Positions 10,899-20,556 are shown, numbered from the stretch's first letter. The stretch is DNA of 28,026 nt from Pseudomonadota bacterium (GCA_039799345.1 JBDLSS010000163.1:1-28026), one strand, 5' to 3'. The notes: generated by a model not told the origin, from the sequence alone. Numbers and translations are program-made.

Positions 10899-13046
10899 TC
10901 ATTGAGAACTACGTGCCACCCGTCCACTACTCAACGCCTGAATCACCGCGTCTTTCGGACCATCTGCCACAATTTGCCCGTTGTCGACCACGATTAAACG
11001 ATCCACCAAGCTTAACAATGAGGTGCGATGCGTGATTAACAATAAAGTTTTGCCTTCCAAATACGGCAACAAGCGCGTTTTAAATTGCTCTTCGCTACTA
11101 TTATCCATCGCATTGCTAGGTTCATCCATCAACAAAATCGGGGGGTTATGCAACAAGGCTCGCGCCAACGCAATCGCTTGCCGTTGCCCGCCCGACAAAC
11201 CTTCACCGCGTTCCCCAATTGGCAAATCAAAACCCAAAGGATGTTGGTTGACGAACTCGTCTACGCCCGCCAAATGTGCCGCCTGCACTAAAGCCGCATC
11301 GTCCAAATACGGCGCACCCATCACAATATTTTCCTTCACCGTGCCATAAAATAACACGCTATCCTGAGGCACATAGCCAATATTGCGGCGCAAATCCGCA
11401 GGGTCGAGCTGGCGGCTGTCGATGCCATCCAACAACACGCTGCCCTCGCCCACTTGGTACAAATTCAACAGCAATTTCGCAAGGCTACTTTTTCCCGAAG
11501 CCACGCGCCCAATAATGCCAACCCGTTCACCTGCTTGGATTTTGAAAGAAATATTTTGCAAAGTTTTCAGCGGCTGGGTGGGATATTGAAACTGCACATT
11601 TTTGAATTCGACCGCGCCCTGCAATTCGGGACGATGCACAAAATCCTGTCCTTCGGGGCGTTCCAAAGGCAAGCTCATAATGTGATTGAGTGCCTTCAAT
11701 GCCGCCCGAGATTGGTGATAACGCATCATCAAGCCTGCAACTTGCCCCAACGGAGCTAAGGCGCGTCCCGTCAAAATCGTGCTCGCAATCAACGCGCCCG
11801 TGCTCAATTCGCCCGCTTTGATTAAATACACCCCAAAAATCACGATAGCAATCGTTGCAACTTGTTGTACCAGTAACGTTAAATTCACCGCCAAAGCAGA
11901 AATCAAGCGCGAGCGTAAACTACTTTTTGCAATCTCGCCCAACAATTGTTCCCAACGCCGTTGCAACACGCCTTCCGCTTGCAGGGTTTTAATATTTTCA
12001 ATTGCAGCAAGGGCTTCCACTAACACCCCGTGCTTTTGCGCACTGGCGCGAAAACTTTGCTCGACCGCTGTACGCAGCGGAAATTGCAGCGAAAAACTAA
12101 TCAACAACACCACGGGCACGGCAAAAATCGGCACAAACACCAAATTGCCGCCAATTGCCCAAATCACTAATAAAAATAGTAAAGTAAAGGGCAAATCAAC
12201 CACGGTGGTTAAAGTTGCTGAGGTGAAAAAATCCCGAAAGCTTTCAAATTCCAATAAATGATTGGCAAATGCGCCCACAGAACGCGGATGCGCAATCAGA
12301 CGTGTGCCCATGACTTGTTCAAAAATCATGCTGGCTAAAATGATGTCGGATTTTTTACCTGCGAGATCAATAAAATAACCACGTAAGGTTCGCATCACAA
12401 ATTCAAAAGCGAACACGATACCCGCGCCAATTGCCAGCACCCACAAGGTTTCCAGCGCGTGATTAGGCACGACCCGATCATAAACATTCATCACAAACAG
12501 CGGTGAAGCAAGGGCGAATACATTAATCAATAAAGACGCGAGCAAGACTTCTAAATAAACATGCCACGACTTTGCCAGCGTGCCCCAAAACCAATTACGT
12601 GGGCGAGGAATTGCGCCTGCTTCAGAACGCGCATCAAAACGATAGGCTTGACGCACGCAAAGCGCGTAACCCGTGTACTGTTCTTGCAGGCTTGCCACGC
12701 TGATTTCAGCAAAGCCTTCGCCACTTTCAGGCTGAATAATTTGTGCAGTCGTTGGTGTGAGCTGTGCATTCAAAACGCAAGCTTGATTGTCTTTGAGTAG
12801 TAATACCGCAGGGAGTTGTAATTTAGTGAGTTTTTCTAGCGGACGCTTAATCACACGCGCACTTAAACCTGCGCGGGCGGCGGCGCGAATAAATAATTCT
12901 GGGGTTAAACCCTGTTCGGTCAGCGGTAAACCCGCATGTAAAGCTTCAGGGGAAAAAGGACGGTGATGTAGTTTAGTTAAAATCACTAAACAGTACAGCA
13001 AGGGATCATCAATACGCGGGGTTTCAAGCGGAATTGCAGTTGTCAT
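10899..13046 (-). CDS. Type I secretion permease/ATPase with N-terminal C39-like domain (LapB/LssB type)
   Basis: DDPLLYCL...EALHAGLP N-terminus, ABC membrane domain, GRVASGKS, LSGGQRQ, LLMDEP, ITHR. Start set at ATG 13046 because the longer ORF runs through tRNA-Ser. Confidence 0.93.
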   Translation of the reverse strand: MTTAIPLETPRIDDPLLYCLVILTKLHHRPFSPEALHAGLPLTEQGLTPELFIRAAARAGLSARVIKRPLEKLTKLQLPAVLLLKDNQACVLNAQLTPTTAQIIQPESGEGFAEISVASLQEQYTGYALCVRQAYRFDARSEAGAIPRPRNWFWGTLAKSWHVYLEVLLASLLINVFALASPLFVMNVYDRVVPNHALETLWVLAIGAGIVFAFEFVMRTLRGYFIDLAGKKSDIILASMIFEQVMGTRLIAHPRSVGAFANHLLEFESFRDFFTSATLTTVVDLPFTLLFLLVIWAIGGNLVFVPIFAVPVVLLISFSLQFPLRTAVEQSFRASAQKHGVLVEALAAIENIKTLQAEGVLQRRWEQLLGEIAKSSLRSRLISALAVNLTLLVQQVATIAIVIFGVYLIKAGELSTGALIASTILTGRALAPLGQVAGLMMRYHQSRAALKALNHIMSLPLERPEGQDFVHRPELQGAVEFKNVQFQYPTQPLKTLQNISFKIQAGERVGIIGRVASGKSSLAKLLLNLYQVGEGSVLLDGIDSRQLDPADLRRNIGYVPQDSVLFYGTVKENIVMGAPYLDDAALVQAAHLAGVDEFVNQHPLGFDLPIGERGEGLSGGQRQAIALARALLHNPPILLMDEPSNAMDNSSEEQFKTRLLPYLEGKTLLLITHRTSLLSLVDRLIVVDNGQIVADGPKDAVIQALSSGRVARSSQ

Positions 13047-13120
13047 GGGATTGCACGCAGCGAAAATCATGCAAGATAGCTTAGAATAAGCAACATAGAC
13101 ACGCAAGGAAAGAATAAGGC

Positions 13121-13210
13121 TGGCGGAGAGGGCGGGATTCGAACCCGCGTGGGGTTTCCCCCCAACCGATTTCGAGTCGGTGCCGTTATGACCGCTTCGA
13201 GTACCTCTCC
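13121..13210 (-). tRNA. tRNA-Ser (anticodon CGA)
   Basis: GGAGAGG/CCTCTCC acceptor stem plus GCCA, ACCGA-CT-CGA-AA-TCGGT anticodon arm, long variable arm, GGTTCGAATCC T-arm; 90 nt. Confidence 0.97.
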
Positions 13211-13276
13211 AATGCGGCATAATATAGCATTATCAACGTATTTTTAACAGCCTTTAATTAGAGAAGCGACCCCCCT

Positions 13277-14695
13277 GTGCTGACTTATATCATTGCAATT
13301 CCTGCGTTTTGGGCTGCCTATTTGGCAATGGCTTATTCCCCACAACGCGCTTTTCTTACCGCCTATATCCCGATCTTATTTTTATTGCCTGATTATTATT
13401 ATTGGGTGCTGCCCGTGTTACCTGACCCCAGCTTTAATCAAGCGGTGTTAATGGCGATTTTTGGGGTGTGGCTGATGCGGGGTCGTCCGCATTGGAAATC
13501 CAGCTCAACAGATTACCTTGTTTATGGCTATTGTATTTCGACCACTTATTCAGAATACAGCAATGCGGGTTTTGATGAAGCATTAAACCTCGGTTTTGAT
13601 GCGGTTGCTTCAATTCTTGTGCCCTACATCATGGCAAAAGCTCTTATTGAACCTTGTGGTTTACGCTTTGAATTTGCCAAAAGCGTGGTGTGGTCTTTAT
13701 TTATTATTTCAATTTTGTCGGTGTTCCAATTTTTCAGTGGTGCACCCAAAACCTTGTGGCAAATAATGTTAGCCCCATTTTTTCCTGGACAAGGCTGGCA
13801 ATGGGTGACGAGCTTTCGCTGGGGCTTGGCGCGGGTTTCTGGGCCTTATGGACATGCGATTTTAGCGGGCATCATTATGGTGGTGGGTTATCGCATTCAA
13901 CGTTGGTTGCATTGGAGCGGAGCTTGGACAGAACGCATTAAATGGATTGCATGGATTCCGCTCAAAACTGAAACCGTGCTCAGCATAGGCTTATTTGCGG
14001 GCGCATTGATGACTTTAGTGCGCGGCCCTCTGATTGGTGGGGTATTTGGGGCGATTATCGTCATGATTGGACGTTCTACACAACGCTGGTTGATTTTATA
14101 TCTCACCATCGCCGCTGTCATCATCATCGGCATTCCCTTCATGAATTGGTTTATTGGTTATGCCTCCGTCGGGCGCGAGGCAGCGGCGACAGAATCACAA
14201 GAAACCATTGCCTATCGTTGGGAGTTAATCGGAACTTATATTAATGATGGTATAGCACGGATGTGGTTTGGTTGGGGGCGCAGTGGTTGGCCGAAAAATC
14301 CTTACCAACCTTCAATTGACAATTATTATTTGCTGCTGTTTTTAATGCATGGTTTGGTCAGTATCCTATTTTTATTAGCTATTATGCTAGGCATGATAGT
14401 GCGCCTGTTTATTCATGACATGTTCCGTCCTGTACCCAAACGAAAAGGCAGTGCTTTAGGATTTACCTTAATGAGTTTATATGTGGTGTTTGGATGGTCG
14501 ATTGCGACGGTGTATATGGGTGAACAAACTATTCCTTTGCTATTTTTATTGGTAGGTTGGAGTGAAGGTTATTTGATGTATTCCAAACAAGAACATTTAT
14601 TTTATCCCGAACAATTTGGAGGGAATAATAATAGCCTTGAAAACAATATGCCTAGTTCGCCAAGTCGTTTTAAATTCAAGCGTTATTTAGAATAA
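13277..14695 (+). CDS. O-antigen ligase/polymerase-like (Wzy_C/WaaL-type) membrane protein
   Basis: 472 aa, multiple TM helices, R..GPYGHAIL.G, T..RGP, R..LI...WFGWG and IDNYYLLL motifs; GTG start. Confidence 0.75.
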   Translation: MLTYIIAIPAFWAAYLAMAYSPQRAFLTAYIPILFLLPDYYYWVLPVLPDPSFNQAVLMAIFGVWLMRGRPHWKSSSTDYLVYGYCISTTYSEYSNAGFDEALNLGFDAVASILVPYIMAKALIEPCGLRFEFAKSVVWSLFIISILSVFQFFSGAPKTLWQIMLAPFFPGQGWQWVTSFRWGLARVSGPYGHAILAGIIMVVGYRIQRWLHWSGAWTERIKWIAWIPLKTETVLSIGLFAGALMTLVRGPLIGGVFGAIIVMIGRSTQRWLILYLTIAAVIIIGIPFMNWFIGYASVGREAAATESQETIAYRWELIGTYINDGIARMWFGWGRSGWPKNPYQPSIDNYYLLLFLMHGLVSILFLLAIMLGMIVRLFIHDMFRPVPKRKGSALGFTLMSLYVVFGWSIATVYMGEQTIPLLFLLVGWSEGYLMYSKQEHLFYPEQFGGNNNSLENNMPSSPSRFKFKRYLE

Positions 14696-14916
14696 AAAAT
14701 CTATTTTTAAATAGCTTAGATACGACATGATTAAAATCATAACTTATTTATTTACAATGAGTTAATCTTTTACATCGCACAAGAATACTTTCAGTAAAAT
14801 CAAACACTGATAGATTAAACTGCATAAGCCCTAAAAGTGCTTTAAAAAACGTTTGCACCAAAGACTGCTTTTAAGCACAATCTCTATATTATTTTAAAAA
14901 GTCTATCGGTCAAAAT

Positions 14917-16536
14917 ATGGAACAAGCTCCCTCTTATCTGAATTCTAGACTAGAAAGTCGAGAACTACGCAATCTAGTTGTAAAAAACATGGTTATCGCC
15001 GTGTTCGCGAAACTATTTTATTTAGGATCGCGTCTATTTTTGCCCCCCATTACCCTCGCGTATGTAAGTTTGGAAGAATACGGCATTTGGGCGGTCTGCT
15101 TTATTTTGATTGGTTATTTAGGCATGGGAGCGTTTGGAGTTTCTAATGTATACATTCGCTACATTGCTGAATACCACGCTAATAATCAAATACAACGTAT
15201 CAATGGTTTAATGTCCACAGGCATTATTTTTGTATGTGGTATTTGTGCAACGTTAATGCTGACTTTATGGTTTATATTGCCCGACTTGATTGAAAACAGT
15301 TTCCATATTTCCCCGCATCTTCAGCAAACCGCATTTTATTTAATTTATGGAGCTGCCAGTATTTTTATTTTGGAACTTATCATGGGCGCGTTTATTTATC
15401 TTTTAGAAGGTTTACAACGCTTTGCCATCACCTCACTTGCTTTCACCGCCGCATCTCTATTAGAAACAGGATTGGCGATTGTATTTTTATTTTTAGGAAT
15501 GGGTATTTACTCGTTATTATATGCGTTTATCGCTCGTTATATTTTTTACATAACTGCCTGTATTCGCGCGAGTTACCGTGAATTACCCGGACTTTCGGTA
15601 CATGTGCGGAATTTTAGCATCAGTTATCTCCCCTTATTTTTCAAGTTTGGCGCAATTGTCCAAGCGATGGGATTTTTATCAATTTTTGTCCAGTCTATGG
15701 AAAAATTAATTGCTAGCGTCACCTTGGGTGTGGCTGCCACAGGTTTATTAGAAGTGGGGTCAAAATTAGCCACCACCGCCACCACGATTCCCGCCGCAAT
15801 GACCACGGCTTTTCTGCCAGCAACCTCTTATTTACACACCCAAAACCGCAAAACTGAATTGAGTGACATGTATTTGCAAGGCTCACGTTCAATGAATTTA
15901 ATCACAGGATTATTAATGGGTTTTTTAATGGCATTTTCCCATCAAATCATGATGTTATGGTTAGGTAATAACCCAAAATATTCAATTGCTGTTGATATTA
16001 TGATGTTATTTATTTTGCCACAACAAACTCATATTTTGACGGGTTTAGGTTCTGCCATTTTTTACGGCATTGAAAAACCGATATTGACCTTATCATATCT
16101 TTTGCTAAGAATAGGTTTATTTTTGCCCTTTGCAGTGCTGTATTGGTTGAATATTATGGAGTTAACCCTGATTAATTTGGTGTTAGCGGTGACGGCAACC
16201 ACAATTATCAGTGCGTTACTTTATTTGGTGCAAATTAATTACTACATGAAAGTCTCACACTGGAAGTTTTTCCTGAAGGTTTTGCTGCCTGGTGCGTTCC
16301 CATATGTTTGTGGATTTACAAGCCTAGGGGTGCTGAATTTACTGTGGACAACCCCTATTATTGACCGTACTTCAGCGTTCTCATTTTTAATGCTGGGCGG
16401 AATTTTATACAGTGTCATCGTGTTTCCTGGTATTTATTGGGGCATTTATGATTCACATGAACGTGCTGAATTGAGGGTGGTGATTTTGCGGAGTTTGGTA
16501 TTTATGGGAAAATTTATCCCTGCGTTACGACATTAA
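14917..16536 (+). CDS. Polysaccharide/oligosaccharide flippase (Wzx-like, MOP superfamily)
   Basis: 539 aa highly hydrophobic; LGSRLFLPP...LEEYGIW N-terminal pattern, EKLIAS.TLGVAATG central motif. Confidence 0.8.
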   Translation: MEQAPSYLNSRLESRELRNLVVKNMVIAVFAKLFYLGSRLFLPPITLAYVSLEEYGIWAVCFILIGYLGMGAFGVSNVYIRYIAEYHANNQIQRINGLMSTGIIFVCGICATLMLTLWFILPDLIENSFHISPHLQQTAFYLIYGAASIFILELIMGAFIYLLEGLQRFAITSLAFTAASLLETGLAIVFLFLGMGIYSLLYAFIARYIFYITACIRASYRELPGLSVHVRNFSISYLPLFFKFGAIVQAMGFLSIFVQSMEKLIASVTLGVAATGLLEVGSKLATTATTIPAAMTTAFLPATSYLHTQNRKTELSDMYLQGSRSMNLITGLLMGFLMAFSHQIMMLWLGNNPKYSIAVDIMMLFILPQQTHILTGLGSAIFYGIEKPILTLSYLLLRIGLFLPFAVLYWLNIMELTLINLVLAVTATTIISALLYLVQINYYMKVSHWKFFLKVLLPGAFPYVCGFTSLGVLNLLWTTPIIDRTSAFSFLMLGGILYSVIVFPGIYWGIYDSHERAELRVVILRSLVFMGKFIPALRH

Positions 16537-16552
16537 ACTCTTTTATGTTTAG

Positions 16553-16573
16553 CCCCCTTTAGGGGGTTGGGGG
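16553..16573. repeat. Short G/C hairpin CCCCCT-TT-AGGGGG-TTGGGGG between convergent genes
   Basis: 6-bp C/G stem; could be a repeat remnant or a shared terminator. Confidence 0.35.
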
Positions 16574-16612
16574 CGCAGTTACGATTTAAATCCCTCTCGA
16601 TTTTTAATTCAA

Positions 16613-19600
16613 TCAAGCAGGCTTACTCCGCAACTGCACTTCTTTGCGCAACATGTCCCGCAATTCTTGCACCGCAGGATCACGAAATTCGATACGGTAT
16701 AAAGTCAAAATCAAATCAAATAAACGCGGAAAATATAGCCCAAGCTCCCGAAAGTCGCCATAAGAACGCCCCCGCAATAACGGCGGCAACGCTGTCCGCG
16801 CTTCCCCTTCCAAAAGCAAAGGAATCACCGTATTTTTTTCAGCCTCCGTAGCTAATAAACGTTGTGCGATTAAATCCACTTCCGCCGCCACCACACTGCC
16901 CAAATTCGAGACTTTATTTTCATATTTATCCAAATACAACGGCACGCCCACCACTACAATAAAATCGCAATGCTCAATTCGACTGATGAAACGCGACACG
17001 CTAGACCCCAGCGTTGAATTGTCCCAATCGTCTAAAATCACCTCAATGCCCGCATCCTGCATATCCATCGCCAGCTTTTTCACCCAGCGTTCCTGCGTGT
17101 CCACGCCCCAGGCATAGCTGATAAACACCAAAGGTACTTTTCCCTGCCCGCGCCCGCGCAAATAACTTTTCACCCACACCAAGGCTTTGGCATACACCGT
17201 GCGTTCCAGCGCGGAAACTTGTTCACGCTCCAAGGTTTCACGCGTCACCGCCGATAAATGTTGCTCTCCTCGCTGTGACAGAAAAGTAATTTTGCCGCCG
17301 CACTCGCCACAAAACATGAAGGCTTTTTGCGCTTTTAAACGTTTAGCGATTTCACTGCGTTCTTGATGATAATTACAAATGCTACACACTACAGGCGGAT
17401 AGCGTTGAATAACAACTTCACGCCCGCGCAGAAAACGTTCAAATAAGCCTTGAAACAGCAATTTTGTGGATTCTTGCACTTTATAAGAATAATACAGCAC
17501 AAACTCCAGCTCGCCTTCACGCTCTTCAATCTTGCGAAAGCCACAAATTTCGCCCGCGCCTAATTCATATTGCGCTTGATTATGCCATTGTTGCACCCGT
17601 AAAAAAGTGTTGGTATAACCCAATAACACCACTAACGCCGCATATAAGTTTTCAATTGCGCCCGTGACTGCATACGACATATCTTCAAAAATCGGGATTT
17701 TATCCACCGCAGGACGTTTTTGATTAATTAAGCTGGGAAAGACTAATAAACTTTCGCCGTTGTAACTTTCACGAAAACAGAGGGTATGCTCTAAAAATAG
17801 TGCGAGAGCGGCATCTAGTAACACTTCTTTTTCGGTGGGTGTCAGTTCAGATAATTCGGGTAAATCATATTCACCACGCAACACCCGTGATTCTTCCAAC
17901 GCGCCCAAACCTTTTTCATTGCGTCGCGCTTCTAAAATTAAAGAAGAGGCTAAATTACTTAATAAATCAGGTGTTAATAAAATGCTGTATTTTCCCGCAG
18001 AACCCCGTAACAAAGTGATATAGCCATGATTTGCCAGATGTTGTAGCGCAGTTAATAATTCTGCTTGGCTGAATTGCCATGATTCTTCACGTTTTTGCAA
18101 AGATTGCTGTAATTCTTCAAGATTTAATAAAGTATTTTTACGGCGTGGCTGGTCTTTTAAAGCCAATACAAATTCTTTAATGCGTTTAAACGTTAGCGTG
18201 GTCACGGTGGCGGTCATGGTGTCCCAACGCAAAGCTTGCCGCACCCGTGTTTTCAAAGCGTGCAAACCTTCGCCCGTCATTGCGCTGGAAATCAAATAGC
18301 CTTCGCTGACTTCGTGCTGCTGACAAAATGCGTCTAATTCTTCGGCGGTCAAAGTCGGTGCGCCTCGGTCACAACGCGCCCCGACTAATAAAGTACGACA
18401 GTGATTTTCTTTATTCGCGCTACCGAGCTGTCGCAACCAATATTCCACGCCTTTGAGCGGTTCTTGCTGGTGGCTGGGGTCAAATAACACAATCGCTAAA
18501 TCGACTTCGTCCAAAAATAGCGCGTGAACCAGTCGATAATCGGGTTGTCCCGCCAAATCCCATAATACGGCTTCGCATTCGGTGCCGTCGCTGCGGGTCA
18601 CTTTGAGGTCGGGAATAATCCAAAATTGTTGCCCGTGGGTGGAGGCGTGTTCTTTGAATTCGTTGTGTGCTAATCGCCAGCCTAAGCCTGTTTTGCCTAC
18701 GCCGCTGTCACCGACGAGCACAATTTTGGCGGTGGTGTAATGTACCGTTGTGGCAAGCGTGGGAACTGGGGTTGTCGGTTTGCTGAAGGATGTGCCCAAG
18801 GCGCGTAAACGACTGAATAATCCTGAAAAACTACTTTCACTGCTGGCGCGGGGCAGGGCTAATAAACGCGCGGTGTCGAGTTTCCACAGGCGAATTTCAC
18901 GATCTTTTTTGCCCAAACTTGCCAACATCGGTTCGGTGGGATGAAACGCTAAACCGCCTAACCATAATTGATGATCCGTGGGTTCTTGCAACACGGTGAG
19001 TAAACTGCAATCTTCGGTACGCCATAAACGCACGCTGTCGTCGTCGGATTTGGAGGCGAATAATTGCCCATCGCGTGAGCAGGCGAGTTTGTAAACCACG
19101 TCGGTGTGCCCTTCCAAAACCCGCGCTTGTCGCCCGGTGATGATTTCCCACACCCGAATGGTTTTATCGCTGCTCGCAGAAAAAAGTAGCGGTTGCGTGG
19201 GCGAAAATAACACGCTGAACACCATGCCTGAATGCGCTTTTAAAGTGCGTAATAATTGCCCGGTGTCGGGATGCCAGAGGCGAATCAGTTTGTCATCTGA
19301 ACCTGAGGCGAGCATGTTGCCGTCGGGTGACCATGCGACGCTGTTGACGTTGCGGGCGTGGGCATTGAGGCTGTGGCGTACTTGCCAAGTGCTGGTATCC
19401 CATAATAAAACCGTGCCATCATCCGCGCCAGAAGCCAGCAAACTGTCGTCGGGCGACCATGCCAAGGCATTAATGCTGCCTGCGTGTTGTTTCAAGCTGT
19501 GGCAAAGTATGCCCTGTTGATCCCAAATATGAATGCTTTTATCATTGCCGCCTGCCGCCAAATAGTGACCTTGTTGTGACCAGCAGGCAATGCGCGGGTA

Positions 19601-19783
19601 GCCGCTGGGGCAGGGCAGGCATTGTAATAAATTGCCTGTCGCGGTTTCCCAACACAGCAAGCTGTCGTCAAAGGAGGAGGATACCAGCACGCGCCCATCG
19701 GGAGACCAATGTAAACCATTGATGGCGTTGGTATGTCCTTCGAGGGTTTGATAAAGGCTAAAGCCTTCGGGAATAGCGGTCAT
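16613..19783 (-). CDS. WD40-repeat / Roc GTPase / COR / Zn ribbon / TIR-SEFIR multidomain (ROCO-type) protein
   Basis: Seven WD40 repeats (aa ~10-302); G1 GDSGVGKT (358-365), G3 WDLAGQ, G4-like GARCD, G5 SSAMTG; COR-like region with FPSL; CxxC-21-CxxC (800-828); TIR-like VFISYAW...WVKKLA...GIEVILDDW (885-1030). Confidence 0.85.
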   Translation of the reverse strand: MTAIPEGFSLYQTLEGHTNAINGLHWSPDGRVLVSSSFDDSLLCWETATGNLLQCLPCPSGYPRIACWSQQGHYLAAGGNDKSIHIWDQQGILCHSLKQHAGSINALAWSPDDSLLASGADDGTVLLWDTSTWQVRHSLNAHARNVNSVAWSPDGNMLASGSDDKLIRLWHPDTGQLLRTLKAHSGMVFSVLFSPTQPLLFSASSDKTIRVWEIITGRQARVLEGHTDVVYKLACSRDGQLFASKSDDDSVRLWRTEDCSLLTVLQEPTDHQLWLGGLAFHPTEPMLASLGKKDREIRLWKLDTARLLALPRASSESSFSGLFSRLRALGTSFSKPTTPVPTLATTVHYTTAKIVLVGDSGVGKTGLGWRLAHNEFKEHASTHGQQFWIIPDLKVTRSDGTECEAVLWDLAGQPDYRLVHALFLDEVDLAIVLFDPSHQQEPLKGVEYWLRQLGSANKENHCRTLLVGARCDRGAPTLTAEELDAFCQQHEVSEGYLISSAMTGEGLHALKTRVRQALRWDTMTATVTTLTFKRIKEFVLALKDQPRRKNTLLNLEELQQSLQKREESWQFSQAELLTALQHLANHGYITLLRGSAGKYSILLTPDLLSNLASSLILEARRNEKGLGALEESRVLRGEYDLPELSELTPTEKEVLLDAALALFLEHTLCFRESYNGESLLVFPSLINQKRPAVDKIPIFEDMSYAVTGAIENLYAALVVLLGYTNTFLRVQQWHNQAQYELGAGEICGFRKIEEREGELEFVLYYSYKVQESTKLLFQGLFERFLRGREVVIQRYPPVVCSICNYHQERSEIAKRLKAQKAFMFCGECGGKITFLSQRGEQHLSAVTRETLEREQVSALERTVYAKALVWVKSYLRGRGQGKVPLVFISYAWGVDTQERWVKKLAMDMQDAGIEVILDDWDNSTLGSSVSRFISRIEHCDFIVVVGVPLYLDKYENKVSNLGSVVAAEVDLIAQRLLATEAEKNTVIPLLLEGEARTALPPLLRGRSYGDFRELGLYFPRLFDLILTLYRIEFRDPAVQELRDMLRKEVQLRSKPA

Positions 19784-19969
19784 GAGGCAGGGATACCACG
19801 GCGAAAATGAGCATGGGCTTATTTTAACATGGCTGGCTGCGAAGCGCGTTCGATAAGGTGTTGTGTTAAATCAAGAGCTTAAGGCGAAAAAATACGAAAA
19901 TTTTAAAGATTGGGAAATTAACTGGGGAGATTTTTTGGAACTTCGAGAGAGGAACTTACTGTTTTAAAA

Positions 19970-20045
<76 letters not shown>

Positions 20046-20065
20046 ATCAACCGTAAGAAGCGCAT

Positions 20066-20094
20066 ATTTAATCACTTCTCTGGAATTGAGTCAA
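20066..20094 (-). promoter_or_regulatory. Candidate sigma70 promoter for tRNA-Phe
   Basis: TTGACT-17 nt-TTAAAT about 20 nt upstream of the tRNA; the -10 match is weak. Confidence 0.35.
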
Positions 20095-20122
20095 GGGTTT
20101 TGGGAATTATTTTTGAACTTGT

Positions 20123-20220
20123 TGTCTGAACCACAATTCACACAATTAAAAGATAATTATTGTTGTGTGTGTTGTTTAATTGCGGTAATTATGTAAATTG
20201 TGTGAATTGCGGTTCAGACA
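20123..20220. repeat. Palindromic 9-bp-unit element, copy A1
   Basis: 25-bp terminal inverted repeats TGTCTGAACC(A/G)CAATTCACACAATT, 24/25 matched. Confidence 0.88.
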
Positions 20221-20229
20221 AAAAAATGC

Positions 20230-20335
20230 GTAGGTTGGGTTGGCGACCAGCTAACCCAACAAAGATACAGCATGAAAGTTAGGATTGTAGGTGATTTGGG
20301 GTTAATGTTGGGTTGCCGTTTGCAACCCAACCTAC
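20230..20335. repeat. GTAG-type REP doublet (REPIN-like), copy B1
   Basis: GTAG-GTTGGGTTGGC...CTAACCCAAC hairpin and inverted GTTGGGTTGC-CGTTT-GCAACCCAAC-CTAC hairpin. Confidence 0.88.
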
Positions 20336-20339
20336 ACGG

Positions 20340-20440
20340 CTGAACCACAATTTTCACAATTCACACAATTAAAAGATAATTATTGTTGTGTATGTTTAAT
20401 TGCGGTAATTATGCAAATTGTGTGAATTGCGGTTCAGACA
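20340..20440. repeat. Palindromic 9-bp-unit element, copy A2
   Basis: Copy of A1 (right ends 220 bp apart); left arm lacks its first three bases (TGT) and carries one extra 9-mer (ACAATTTTC). Confidence 0.88.
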
Positions 20441-20448
20441 AAAAAATG

Positions 20449-20556
20449 CGTAGGTTGGGTTGGCGACTAGCCAACCCAACAAAGATGCGGCGTGAAAGTT
20501 AGGATTGTGGGTGATTTGAGGTTAATGTTGGGTTGCCGTTTGCAACCCAACCTACG
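20449..20556. repeat. GTAG-type REP doublet (REPIN-like), copy B2
   Basis: Perfect 14-bp terminal inverted repeat CGTAGGTTGGGTTG/CAACCCAACCTACG; two internal hairpins; 220 bp from B1. Confidence 0.9.

Noticed and set aside
13047-13220. N-terminal extension of the T1SS ATPase ORF given in the track
   Set aside because: It runs through tRNA-Ser; homology-like sequence begins near ATG 13046.
20123-20556. Possible CRISPR array
   Set aside because: Only two ~220-bp units with near-identical interiors, no unique spacers, no cas genes.
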